A stretch of DNA of 64,000 nucleotides from an uncultured Planctomycetota bacterium (lineage in GTDB: Bacteria; Planctomycetota; Phycisphaerae; Tepidisphaerales; Tepidisphaeraceae). Where the stretch lies: contig CAWJEN010000005.1 of NCBI GenBank assembly GCA_963841915.1, positions 1,056,001 to 1,120,000 of the forward strand. The letters run 5' to 3'. The notes under the pieces are model-generated. The model saw nothing but the letters and a program-made list of their open reading frames with translations. It was not told the DNA's origin and ran no database searches. The translations under genes were made by a program, and so were the position numbers. Within the stretch, counting starts at the first letter, position 1. Each line of letters begins with the position of its first letter. Positions 47,315-56,875 of this stretch are shown piece by piece.

Positions 47315-48556
47315 TCAGGCCGAGTGACGCAGCGGGGTGCTGCGAACGGCCGGTCCGATGCGGGCGGTCGGACGGTGGTGGCCGTCGTCGTCGGCCGTAC
47401 GGGCCGGCGGCGGCGGGGCGACGGCCGTGTTGGCCATGCCGCTGCGTGGGTGGGCGTTGTCGTACGCCTCCTTCATGCGGTCGGTTGTCAGGTGCGTGTA
47501 GATCTGCGTCGTCGACAGGCTCTGGTGGCCCAGCAACTCCTGAACGCTGCGCAGGTCAGCACCGTTGTTGAGCAGGTGCGTCGCAAAGCTGTGCCGCAGC
47601 GTGTGGGGCGAAATGCCCGGGTCGAGGCCGACCTGCTGGAGGTATTTGTCGAGTTTGCGGCGGACGCTGCGGGTCGACAAGGCTTCGCCGTGCTTGTTGA
47701 GGAAGATGCGGCTTTCGCCGGTCAGGCCCTCGTCGCCGCCCGTCGGGTCGTCGGGGTCGAGCCCTCGAACCTGCAGGTAATGGCGGACGGCGAGAATTGC
47801 CTGGCTGCCGATGGGCGTGAGGCGGTCCTTGCGGCCCTTACCTCGAACGCGCAGGATGCCTTCGTCAAGATCGACGTCTGCCAGGCTCAGCTCGACCAGT
47901 TCGCTGACGCGAATGCCGCTGGAGTAGAGCACTTCGAGCATCGCCTTGTCGCGGGCACCGAGGACGTCGCCGTCATCGGGGGCGTCGAGGAGGCGTTGGA
48001 CCTCGTCGAGGTCAAGGCACTTGGGCAGGCGTTTTTCCTGCTTGGGCGTGCGGATGCCGACCATCGGCGACTCCTCGCACTTGCCGCGTTTGATGAGGAA
48101 CTTGTAGAAGCTCCGCATCGTCGCCAGCTTGCGGGCGGTCGTGCTTTTGGTGTAGTTCTGGCCATGCAGGTAGGCCAGGAAGTCGCGGACCGTGGTCTGC
48201 GTGCAATGCGTCAGCCGCTGGTCGAGCGGCGTCTCGTCATGGAGCCGAGCGTCACCGCCGTAGCTCATGCCGATCTCGCCGGCAGCGAACTGCGTCAGCT
48301 GGGCGAGGTCGGCTCCGTAGGAGCGGACGGTGTAGTCGCTGAAGTGCCGCTCGTGCTTGAGGTAGTCGAGGAAAGCCTCGACACAAGGCGGGCGGGCGAC
48401 AGATTCGTCACCTTCGGCGGCTTTGCTCGATTCGGGCAGTTCGGCCTCGCTGGTGACCGGCGGCACAGGGGCCGACGCGGCACGCGGAGGGCGTACAGGC
48501 GGGAACGGAGAATTGTGAATGGCGTCGGCGTCGGCGGGGTTCGTCGTCGGGGACAT
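47315..48556 (-). CDS. xerC: Tyrosine recombinase XerC/XerD
   Basis: RDKAMLEVLYSSGIRVSEL, GKGRKDR, HTLRHSFATHLL, LLGHQSLSTTQIYTH, AHPR. Confidence 0.88.
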   Translation of the reverse strand: MSPTTNPADADAIHNSPFPPVRPPRAASAPVPPVTSEAELPESSKAAEGDESVARPPCVEAFLDYLKHERHFSDYTVRSYGADLAQLTQFAAGEIGMSYGGDARLHDETPLDQRLTHCTQTTVRDFLAYLHGQNYTKSTTARKLATMRSFYKFLIKRGKCEESPMVGIRTPKQEKRLPKCLDLDEVQRLLDAPDDGDVLGARDKAMLEVLYSSGIRVSELVELSLADVDLDEGILRVRGKGRKDRLTPIGSQAILAVRHYLQVRGLDPDDPTGGDEGLTGESRIFLNKHGEALSTRSVRRKLDKYLQQVGLDPGISPHTLRHSFATHLLNNGADLRSVQELLGHQSLSTTQIYTHLTTDRMKEAYDNAHPRSGMANTAVAPPPPARTADDDGHHRPTARIGPAVRSTPLRHSA

Positions 48557-48944
48557 ACTCGCGAGTCCTTGTGCCGCTTCTGCGGCAGGCTCTGCGATCG
48601 GTTAGTAACCGCCGGTGTCTTACACCAAAGGTGAAAGTCGTTCTCCGGCACAACGCGGGATGGCTCCGCATCCCCGCGGCGAGACTCTTTGGGTTGCCGC
48701 TGTACCTCCTGGCACACTGGCGTCGATCGGCCGGTCTCGTCGGCCTTACACCTGCTACTTCGGCGTTACGTCCCCTAATGCTTTGGTGACAAATATGGTT
48801 TACGGACGTTCCAAGCCTGCTGTGCCACACCATCTCCCGCAGGTGAAGGCGTGCGCCAGGCGCAAACGCACGTGGCACGGGTCACCCGCACCCACTGTGC
48901 GATCGACCCGTGCCACGAGGATTGGCTGTGTTGTCCGCCCGCCG

Positions 48945-49220
48945 TTACGCCGCCTGAGACAGTTCGCCTGCCAGTTCACCGGCGAGGTGCTGACCGAGCT
49001 GGTGGCCCAGCGATGCAGCGTCGAACCAGTCGAAAGGCGTCGCCGGGTCATCGACCATCTCGGCGATGGCTTGCAGGACGATCGTCTCGTCGCCCGTCTC
49101 GTACGTCATGAAGAAGTGATGCCCGCTCTTTTCGAGGGAAAGCGACCGCTGTTCGCGGGCGGGTGACATCAGATCGACGGAGTCGGTGGTCTCGGTCGTG
49201 GACAGGAGGTTCTGGTTCAT
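48945..49220 (-). CDS. Small hypothetical protein
   Basis: 91 aa, AAGGA RBS, protein-like composition (FDWFDAASL). Confidence 0.65.
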   Translation of the reverse strand: MNQNLLSTTETTDSVDLMSPAREQRSLSLEKSGHHFFMTYETGDETIVLQAIAEMVDDPATPFDWFDAASLGHQLGQHLAGELAGELSQAA

Positions 49221-49274
49221 CGTGTGAGTCCTTTCAACGAGTGCCCGTAGTGGGTGTTGTCCCCCGCGGGGTGA

Positions 49275-50084
49275 TCAACGGCCGAGGCTACCGAGGTTTC
49301 GGCCTGTGCCTGCCGCCACTTGAGGTCGCGGTTGCTGCTGCCTTGCCGGTAGGCGCTCGATAGCGTCCATCAGGTCGGCCAACAACGCGTGGTAGACGAA
49401 GCCGGCATAGCGGTCCATCACCAGGAAGACGTCACGACCACCGGTCGGCCCCTCTGGGTCGTGGCGGCCGTAGGCGTAAGCCATGGCCGCCCGGCGGACG
49501 CTGCCGTCGCGTGCGTCGAAGACGCCACTTTGCTGTAACATTTGGCGACCGGCCACGCCAGGTGAGGGCAGCGCTTCGCCCGCCCTATCGGCCGTTGCCG
49601 TTCGCGATAAGCCGCGAATGGCCTCGGCACCGGGAAGGGCAAATGCCCGCAGTGTCGAACCGTCGGCGGCGAAGACCTGCAAAGCAGCGCCCATCGTCGG
49701 CGGGTCGTAAGGCTTATACAGCGTGATGCTCGGGACGACGAGCGCGTCGACGCCGAGCAGCTCGCAGACCGCAGCCGCGTCGGCCGGGTCGTTGATGCCA
49801 CCGATGCCGAGCGCGATGTACGCCTCGGCAACGCGATTGACCGGAACGGCCGTGATGCCGCGGACGCTGGCGAGCTTGCCGTAGAGCACGTCTGCCTGCA
49901 GCAGCGGGTCAACGCCGTTCTCACCCGACAAGTTCGTGGCCGGGGCGACGGCCCAGACCTGCGGCTGAAACACGGGAGCAGCGAGCTGACGCTCGGTTCC
50001 GTAGGCCGGCGTCCTGTCGGCACAGCCACCGGTCATGGCCGCGGCGCAGAGGCACGCGGCGACAAGAATGCTCCGCGTGGACAT
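49275..50084 (-). CDS. Putative lipoprotein
   Basis: MSTRSILVAACL..TGGC lipobox-like leader; WAVAP.NLSG, YKPYDPP. Confidence 0.65.
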   Translation of the reverse strand: MSTRSILVAACLCAAAMTGGCADRTPAYGTERQLAAPVFQPQVWAVAPATNLSGENGVDPLLQADVLYGKLASVRGITAVPVNRVAEAYIALGIGGINDPADAAAVCELLGVDALVVPSITLYKPYDPPTMGAALQVFAADGSTLRAFALPGAEAIRGLSRTATADRAGEALPSPGVAGRQMLQQSGVFDARDGSVRRAAMAYAYGRHDPEGPTGGRDVFLVMDRYAGFVYHALLADLMDAIERLPARQQQPRPQVAAGTGRNLGSLGR

Positions 50085-50168
50085 GTTGAGGCACCGCATG
50101 ATGTAAACGCTATCGGACGTTGCCGTTTCTAACCTTGAGCGCAAGCGGGTCCACTAAGCTCACGGTGC

Positions 50169-51521
50169 GTGTGGCTCTTGTGGCTCATCCTCGGCGTGGC
50201 GATCGGGCTCGTCACCGCGTACCTGCGGTTGTCGCTCACGCGGCGGGCGCTGCGGCAGGTGGCTGGCGCGCTCGAGCAACTTGCCGCCGGTCGTGGCAGG
50301 CCTGACGTCCGGGACGTCTGGCGTGACGGCAGCCGAAGGCCGATCCGTGTCGTCCGCCAGATCGCACGAGACGTACACAATTACGAACGGCGGACGAGTG
50401 AAACCATCCGCCGCCTCGAACGCCAACGCAGCGATCTCAACGCGCTCGTCGACGCGCTGCCCGACCCGATCGTCCAGGCCGACAAGCAACGGCGGCTCAT
50501 TCTCGTCAACCAGCCGGCCGTCGAATTGCTGGGCGTGCCGAAGGAGCAGGCCATCGGCGCGACGGTTGAGGCAGCCATTACCGAGCCGGAGGTGCTGGCG
50601 CTATTCGACAAAGTCGCCAAAATTGCGATCGGTGACCTCGGTCGCAACGGCAAGCCCCGTCTGCCCGTCCGCCGGGAGTTGCGACTCAGCAGCGGCGGGC
50701 GGCAGATGGCGTACCAAGCGGTCGCCACCCGCAGCGAAGCGGGTGGCGTCATCGTCGTGTTGCGCGACATCTCGACGCTCGACCAGGCGCTCCGCATGAA
50801 GGCCGACTTCGTGGCCAACGCAAGCCACGAACTGCGGACGCCCGTCGCGGCCATCAAGGTCGCCTACGAAACACTGATCGAGCTGCTCGATGAGGCGTCC
50901 AAACCGACACCGGCGGCACAGCGGTGCCTGTCGATCCTCGGTGGGCATTTGCAGCGGGTCGAGGAAATGCTGCAGGATCTGCTCGATCTATCGAAGGTCG
51001 AGGACGCTGATCAGACGCCGAGCCTGGAGATGACGTCGCTGGCCGAGCTGTCGCGCGACCTGCGGCAAACGGTCGGCCCGCTGGCGGCGAGGCGAGACGT
51101 CATGCTCGAGCTACCCGACGGCTCGGCCGACGCCTTTGTGACGGATCGAAAGCTCTTGCTGCTGGCCTTGAAGAATCTTCTCGAGAACGGCGTGAAGCAC
51201 ACGCCCGCCAACGGCAAGGTGACGCTGCGGATCCAGCGGCTGACGGGTGGCGATGGCGACGAGATTCGGCTCATCGTCGAAGACACGGGTGTCGGCATAC
51301 CGGACGACCACATCGACCGCATCTTCGAGCGGTTCTACCAGGTCGATGCCGCCCGGACCGGCACCAACGCCCGCAGCGTCGACCGCGGGACGGGGCTCGG
51401 CCTGAGCATCGTCAAGCATGCCATCAACGCGCTGGCAGGCAGTGTCCTGGTCGAGAGCGCCGTCGGCAGCGGGACGCGCTTCATCGTCACACTGCCCGAA
51501 GTCGAGGCACCGGCCTCGTGA
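50169..51521 (+). CDS. PhoR-like PAS sensor histidine kinase
   Basis: DFVANASHELRTP, NLLENGVKHT, DTGVGIP, IFERFYQVD, GTGLGLSIVKH. Confidence 0.9.
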   Translation: MWLLWLILGVAIGLVTAYLRLSLTRRALRQVAGALEQLAAGRGRPDVRDVWRDGSRRPIRVVRQIARDVHNYERRTSETIRRLERQRSDLNALVDALPDPIVQADKQRRLILVNQPAVELLGVPKEQAIGATVEAAITEPEVLALFDKVAKIAIGDLGRNGKPRLPVRRELRLSSGGRQMAYQAVATRSEAGGVIVVLRDISTLDQALRMKADFVANASHELRTPVAAIKVAYETLIELLDEASKPTPAAQRCLSILGGHLQRVEEMLQDLLDLSKVEDADQTPSLEMTSLAELSRDLRQTVGPLAARRDVMLELPDGSADAFVTDRKLLLLALKNLLENGVKHTPANGKVTLRIQRLTGGDGDEIRLIVEDTGVGIPDDHIDRIFERFYQVDAARTGTNARSVDRGTGLGLSIVKHAINALAGSVLVESAVGSGTRFIVTLPEVEAPAS

Positions 51522-52045
51522 CGGCTGAGGAACGCGATGCGTGGTTGATGCTCGACGACAAGGCGCTGCTACGCGGCTGCCGAATCGAACGTCGCAGCGC
51601 CGGTGGCCCGGGCGGCCAAAAGCGGAACAAGACTGCCTCGACGGTTCGCTTCACGCACGAGGCGACCGGCCTGACCGCCAATGCGGCCGAGGATCGGTCG
51701 CTGCGTGTCAACATGGTCCACGCGACGCGTCGCCTGAGACACAAGATTGCCGGCGTGACGAGGCGAGAGCTTGATCTGATGGATCTGTCGACACCGACGT
51801 GGTGGGGCGAGTACGTCGGCCGCGGTGTGCTTCGGATGAACGTCGCCAACCCGATGCATCCGCAGGCGACAGCGTTCGTGCTCGACGTGCTCGACGCATC
51901 GGCCGCCGATCCGACGGTGGCGGCGTTGCATCTGAGCATCTCGGTTCGGTCGCTCGTCCGGTTCCTGCACGAGCCTTCCGAAACCTGGCGGGCGGCCAAC
52001 GATCTGCGGACAAAGTGGTCGCTGCCGGCACTTAAGGTGCCGTAA
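51518..52045 (+). CDS. Peptide-chain release factor-like (GGQ) protein
   Basis: SAGGPGGQKRNKTASTVRFTH..TG..EDRS..N. Confidence 0.85.
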   Translation: MTAEERDAWLMLDDKALLRGCRIERRSAGGPGGQKRNKTASTVRFTHEATGLTANAAEDRSLRVNMVHATRRLRHKIAGVTRRELDLMDLSTPTWWGEYVGRGVLRMNVANPMHPQATAFVLDVLDASAADPTVAALHLSISVRSLVRFLHEPSETWRAANDLRTKWSLPALKVP

Positions 52046-53480
52046 CAGGCTTGTCTTGCAGCACGTCCGTTTCGCCCTCAGACCTGGCGATAGTCACCGC
52101 ACCGACGCTGTCGCCGAAGATGTTGACGGCCGTACGGCACATGTCGAGCGGGCGGTCGAAGACGAACAACAGCGCCATGCCTGCGATGAGGTCGACCTCG
52201 ATGCCGCGCGACGCCAGCCCGTTCTGCACACCGCCCAAAATCACAGCGATGGCCACGAGGCTCGCCGACGGCACGCCTGCCACGCCCACGCTCGTCAAAA
52301 GCGCCGTCAGCACGATGATGAATTGCTGCGTGATCGACAGGTCGACGCCAAACGCCTGACAGATAAAGACGGCCGCGACACATTCATACAAGGCCGTCCC
52401 GTCCATGTTGACCGTCGCCCCCAGCGGCAGCGTGAAGCCAGCCACCCTGTTGCTCACGCCCGCCCGCTTTTCGACACAGTCCATCGTCAGCGGCAGCGTC
52501 GCCGACGACGAGCTTGTGCTGAACGCCGTCAGCAGTGCCGGCGTCATCGCCTTGTAGTGCCGCAGCGGGTTCACCCGGGCCACGAAAGCCAGCACGAGCG
52601 GCATCACGCCCAGAAAGTGCACCAGCAACGCCGCCAATGCCGTCGCCGCGAAGACGAGGATGCCCGTCAGGAACTGCTCGAACCGGCCGTCTGGGTAAAG
52701 CGACGCAAACTGCTTGGCGAACGTGCCTGCGATGAGAAAGAAGACGCCGATCGGGGCCAGTCGCAGGACGACGTCGGTCACCATCAGCGTCAGGTGGTAG
52801 ATGCCGTCGATGACGTTTCGTACCGCCCGGCCGCTGTCGGGGTGCAGGCGGATGACGCGGCTGAGGAAGTAGCCCACCAGCATCGAGACGACGATCAGCC
52901 CGAGCAATTGCCCGTCGGCGGCAGCACCGACGAGGTTGTCGGGCACCATCGCACGGAAGACGTCCAGGAAGTCGCCACCCGTTTTGCCACCCACCTTGGC
53001 ATCAACCGCGGCACGGTCACCGGCAAAGGCCGACAAATCACCACCGGCCAGGATCGGCTGACCACCGACGACGCCGGGCGAGATCACGTTGACCAACACC
53101 AGGCCGATGAGAACGGCGATCAGGCTGGTCGTCAGGTAGTAGACGAGCGTTTTGGTGCCAAGCCGGGCAAAGTCCCCGCCACCGCCGGCCTGGGCGGTGA
53201 GGTTGGCAATGGCCAGGATGATGCTCGTGGTAACGAGCGGGACGATGATGAGCTTGAGTCCGTTGAGGAACAGGTCGCCACCGAGCTCGAAGAGCTGGTA
53301 GAGGGCGGTTGCGATGACCTTATCGCCACCGACGGTGCCCCTGGCTTCTGGGGCGGTCGAGGCAGGAATTTCGCCGATGGCCCACCAGCCCACGGCCAAC
53401 CCTGTTGCGGCACCCAGGAGCAGTCCGAGCAGGATCTGCCAGTGCAACGGCCATTGCCAGGGCTTGTGCGCGTTCTGCAT
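52032..53480 (-). CDS. Dicarboxylate/amino acid:cation symporter (DAACS)
   Basis: AFSTSSSSATLP, LPLGATVNMDGTA, GVAGVP, DMCRTAVN. Confidence 0.94.
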   Translation of the reverse strand: MQNAHKPWQWPLHWQILLGLLLGAATGLAVGWWAIGEIPASTAPEARGTVGGDKVIATALYQLFELGGDLFLNGLKLIIVPLVTTSIILAIANLTAQAGGGGDFARLGTKTLVYYLTTSLIAVLIGLVLVNVISPGVVGGQPILAGGDLSAFAGDRAAVDAKVGGKTGGDFLDVFRAMVPDNLVGAAADGQLLGLIVVSMLVGYFLSRVIRLHPDSGRAVRNVIDGIYHLTLMVTDVVLRLAPIGVFFLIAGTFAKQFASLYPDGRFEQFLTGILVFAATALAALLVHFLGVMPLVLAFVARVNPLRHYKAMTPALLTAFSTSSSSATLPLTMDCVEKRAGVSNRVAGFTLPLGATVNMDGTALYECVAAVFICQAFGVDLSITQQFIIVLTALLTSVGVAGVPSASLVAIAVILGGVQNGLASRGIEVDLIAGMALLFVFDRPLDMCRTAVNIFGDSVGAVTIARSEGETDVLQDKPVTAP

Positions 53481-53619
53481 ACGCCGCCGACTCTAACGGC
53501 CGCTGCGTCCTGTCGCACGTGTGCCGTTGCGCCGCGTAAGTTTCTATTGAAATGAGTCGGCTCACCCGATAGGGTGACGGCGAATGCCCGGCCGTGTCGG
53601 CCGGTTTTGGGAGAAATTT

Positions 53620-54585
53620 ATGCAGCACATCCGACGTACCTCTGTCGTCCTCGCCGCCGCCGTCGCCGCATCAGCGGGCGTCGCCAGCGCTGACCTTCTT
53701 ATTCCGAACTCATCGAATGACACCATCGGCCTGTACAGCAGCGTCGACGGCAGCGTCATCAATGCCAACTTCATCGTCGACGCCAACGACGCTGCCACAT
53801 ACGACTTCGGCACCCCGAAGGAAGCCATTCAGGTCGGTAACGAGATCTTCGTCAGCGATCAGCTGGCCGATGCCATCTTCATCTTCGACCTCGGTGGCAA
53901 CTACGTCGACAAGATCGACTCCGGCCTCGATAACGTCCGCGGCCTCGCTTACGAGCCGAGCAACAACACCGTCTACATTGCCAACGGTGGCAACGCCAAC
54001 GGCGCGCCCGAAGACCAGATCGTCACGATCGACCCGACCAGCCGCTCCATCACCGGCAGTTTCGGCTTTGGTCCGCCCAACTTCTCGCCGTTCGACGTCG
54101 AGACGTACATGGGCCGACTGCTCGTCAGTGACATCGACGGCGGCTCGCTGAACAGCGAAGGCGTCGACGTCTTCGAGCTCGACGGCACGTTCGTCAGCCG
54201 CATCGTCTCGGCCAACACGACTGACCCGGACAGCGGCCCCGACTTTCCGCAGCAGATCAGCGCCAAGATCAGCGACGACGGCTTCCTCGTCGCCGGCTTC
54301 AGCCCGCCGGCCGGCGTCTTCGAGTACGACAGCGACGGCAACCTCGTCGCCACCTACGCCGACAACTTCGGCCAGCGCGGCGTCTTCGAACTGCTCAACG
54401 GTGACTACCTCTACACCGGTGGCGGTCCGGACGGCCAAGGCACCTACGCCATCGACCTCGCCACAGGCGGCCTGACCAAGGTCGGCGACGGCAATCAGTA
54501 CATCTCCCCGGTCGCCATTCCCGAGCCGGCCACCGCGGCCGTTCTGGGCCTGAGCGTCCTCGGCATGCTGCGTCGCCGCCGCTGA
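53620..54585 (+). CDS. PEP-CTERM surface protein, probable beta-propeller
   Basis: Signal peptide; repeated FDLGG/FELDG/YDSDG motifs; IPEP-TM-RRRR. Confidence 0.85.
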   Translation: MQHIRRTSVVLAAAVAASAGVASADLLIPNSSNDTIGLYSSVDGSVINANFIVDANDAATYDFGTPKEAIQVGNEIFVSDQLADAIFIFDLGGNYVDKIDSGLDNVRGLAYEPSNNTVYIANGGNANGAPEDQIVTIDPTSRSITGSFGFGPPNFSPFDVETYMGRLLVSDIDGGSLNSEGVDVFELDGTFVSRIVSANTTDPDSGPDFPQQISAKISDDGFLVAGFSPPAGVFEYDSDGNLVATYADNFGQRGVFELLNGDYLYTGGGPDGQGTYAIDLATGGLTKVGDGNQYISPVAIPEPATAAVLGLSVLGMLRRRR

Positions 54586-54610
54586 TCCGGCTTCATCCTC
54601 AGTCTGACCT

Positions 54611-54640
54611 GGCCCAGCCACTCCGGTGGCTGGGCCTTTT
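54611..54640 (+). terminator. Intrinsic terminator after PEP-CTERM gene
   Basis: GGCCCAGCCAC-TCCG-GTGGCTGGGCC followed by TTTT. Confidence 0.8.
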
Positions 54641-54699
54641 CGTCAGCCCTCCGCGCCGTGGCGACACGCGCAACGTCCTCCGCGCTACACTGCCCGCTC

Positions 54700-56569
54700 A
54701 TGGCCGACGCCGGTGCAAAAGCCTCTGACGCCGCCACGCCGTACCAGGTGCTGGCCCGCAAATACCGCTCGCGGACCTTTGACGAAGTCGTCGGCCAGGA
54801 GGCCGTCGCTACAACGCTCAAAAAGGCCATTCGAGACCGGCCGCGTCCACCACGCCTACCTGTTTTCCGGCACACGCGGCGTCGGCAAAACGTCGATGGC
54901 CCGCATCCTGGCGCTGGCTCTGAACGACCCCACGGCCGAAGCGCCCACGCCCACGCCCGACCCGACGAGCGAAACGGCCGACGCGATCTTCAAGGGTGAC
55001 GACGTCGATGTCATCGAGATCGACGCCGCCAGCAACACGGGCGTCGACAACGTCCGCGACCTCATCGAAAATGCCCGCTTCCGGCCGATGCGCAGCCGGT
55101 TCAAGATCTACATCATCGACGAGGTCCACATGCTCTCCAAGGCGGCGTTCAACGCGCTGCTGAAGATCATGGAAGAGCCGCCGAGCCATGTGAAGTTCAT
55201 CCTGGCGACGACGGAGCCCGAGAAGGTGCTGCCGACGATTCTGAGCCGCGTCCAGCGGTTCGACTTCCGCAACATCGCCTCGAATGACATCGTCGGCCAT
55301 TTGCAGGCGGTTGTGACCAGCGAAGGCCGCACCGCCAGCGATGACGCGCTGGCCCTTGTCGCCCGCAACGGCCAGGGCTCGATGCGTGACAGCCTGAGCC
55401 TGCTCGACCGTTTGCTGGGCGGCCTCGACGCCAGCGACACGCTCGACATCGGCGACGTGACACGGCTGCTGGGCCTGCCGCCGCGTGAGCAGATCGCCGA
55501 CTTGATCGACGGGGTTGCGGAAGGCGACGCCAAGGCCGTGCTGGCTCAGGCCGACTCGATGTTGTCGGGTGGTTTGGCGTCGGACGCCTTCATCGGTTCG
55601 CTTGTCGAGCACGTCCATGTCTTGCTGGTGCGTTCCGTCGTCGGCGACGGCGAGGGCAACGACCTGCCGGGCGTGACGGGCGAGCGACTCGACGAGCAGG
55701 CCGAGCGCTTCGATCAAGCGGGGATGACGCAGGCAGTCGTGATCCTCGAAGAGCTTCGCCGCCAGCTTCGCGGCAGCGGCGGGGGCGGGACAGGCCGAGC
55801 CCTCATCGACGCGACGCTGGTCCGGCTGGCGCTGGCGCGGCAATTCACGCCCGTCGACGACCTGATGGCCGCCGCCAGTGGTGCGGCATCGCGACAGCCT
55901 GCGGAAAAAAAAACGGCTGACATAAAGCCTGCTCGCCGCCCACTTCCAGAGCGAGAAGCACCCGCTCCCCGTAAGGCCGAGCCGGAAGGTTCAGGCACGG
56001 CTGACCCCGCGCGGCGAGAACCTGTCGCAGCGGACGCGACGCCTCCCGGCTCGGCACCACCGAGCGATGTAACGCTGACGCCCGCTCCGTCGCCAGAGGT
56101 CACACCACCATCAGCATCAGGCGACTCGCCTCTGTCGCAGTTGGTGGCTGCACTGAATCGTGGAGGCGCACGCGATGCGTCGCTTGTTGCCGAGTCTCGA
56201 CTGGAGGTCGCCGCCGACGGTGCGGTGACGTTGCGATACGCGCACGAGCACTCGATGTTCCCGGGCATGCTCGAGCGTCATGGCACGCGGCCGCAGATCG
56301 TGGCGGCGTTGCGAGAGGTGTTGTCGCTGGAGGCCGACCCGCCTTTGGCGTTCGAGGTCGATGAGGCACCGGAAGCAGGCGACGAGGAGGCCCAGGAGCG
56401 GGAAACGAAGCGTCCGCGGATCAAGAAGCCGCCCATCCCGACGGGCGACGTGGCCATGCCGACGGCGCCGAACGCACCACCGCCGGAGCTGGATTGGGAA
56501 GCCGACCCGCTGGTCAGGGCCGCGATGCGGGAGCTGGGCGCGCGTGTGGTGAAGGTCGAAGACGCGTGA
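54700..56569 (+). CDS. dnaX: DNA polymerase III subunit tau/gamma, apparent +1 frameshift near 54830
   Basis: YQVLARKYRSRTFDEVVGQ in one frame; HAYLFSGTRGVGKT, EIDAASN, IDEVHML, GSMRD in the next. Confidence 0.93.
55905..55925 (+). other. A9 slippage/frameshift site in dnaX with stops in both alternative frames
   Basis: GCG GAA AAA AAA ACG GCT GAC ATA AAG: TGA at 55918-55920 (-1 frame), TAA at 55923-55925 (+1 frame). Confidence 0.72.
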
Positions 56570-56732
56570 CAGAAGGCCGCCGCGGCGGCCGCGGCGGCGC
56601 ATGGGTGTGGCGACCGCATTCCGTCCGGCGGTGCACGCAAAAGAGGGCAGTCTTGAGACGTTTCGACGCTGAAAGTGCGTAGGAATTACGTTGCTGCGCA
56701 CGACCCGCCGACGGACTCGGCGGGCGTCGGCC

Positions 56733-56748
56733 TGTTCCACGTGGAACA
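56733..56748. other. parS centromere site
   Basis: TGTTCCACGTGGAACA. Confidence 0.92.
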
Positions 56749-56807
56749 ACGGGGGACCTTCAGAGACCGACAATCCTTCGCCACGACGCGTGGCGGGGGA
56801 TGGCGAA

Positions 56808-56823
56808 TGTTCCACGTGGAACA
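56808..56823. other. parS centromere site
   Basis: TGTTCCACGTGGAACA; palindrome extends to 56805-56826. Confidence 0.92.
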
Positions 56824-56875
56824 TTCCGCTCCCGCCGACGAAGCCGGACCCCAAATGGCCGCCGCGGCGCAGCGC

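Noticed and set aside
47315..48556. Tyrosine recombinase as the integrase of a mobile element
   Set aside because: It has housekeeping XerC/D signatures, and no att repeats, tRNA or cargo genes flank it.
54586..54690. Possible SRP RNA (ffs) upstream of dnaX
   Set aside because: Only a hairpin plus TTTT; the conserved SRP domain IV with its GGAA tetraloop is not evident.
54817..54826. C AAA AAG next to the dnaX N-terminal frame break as a programmed -1 frameshift
   Set aside because: The downstream coding frame is +1, so a -1 shift would not restore it; removing one T gives the better homolog-like KKAIETG.
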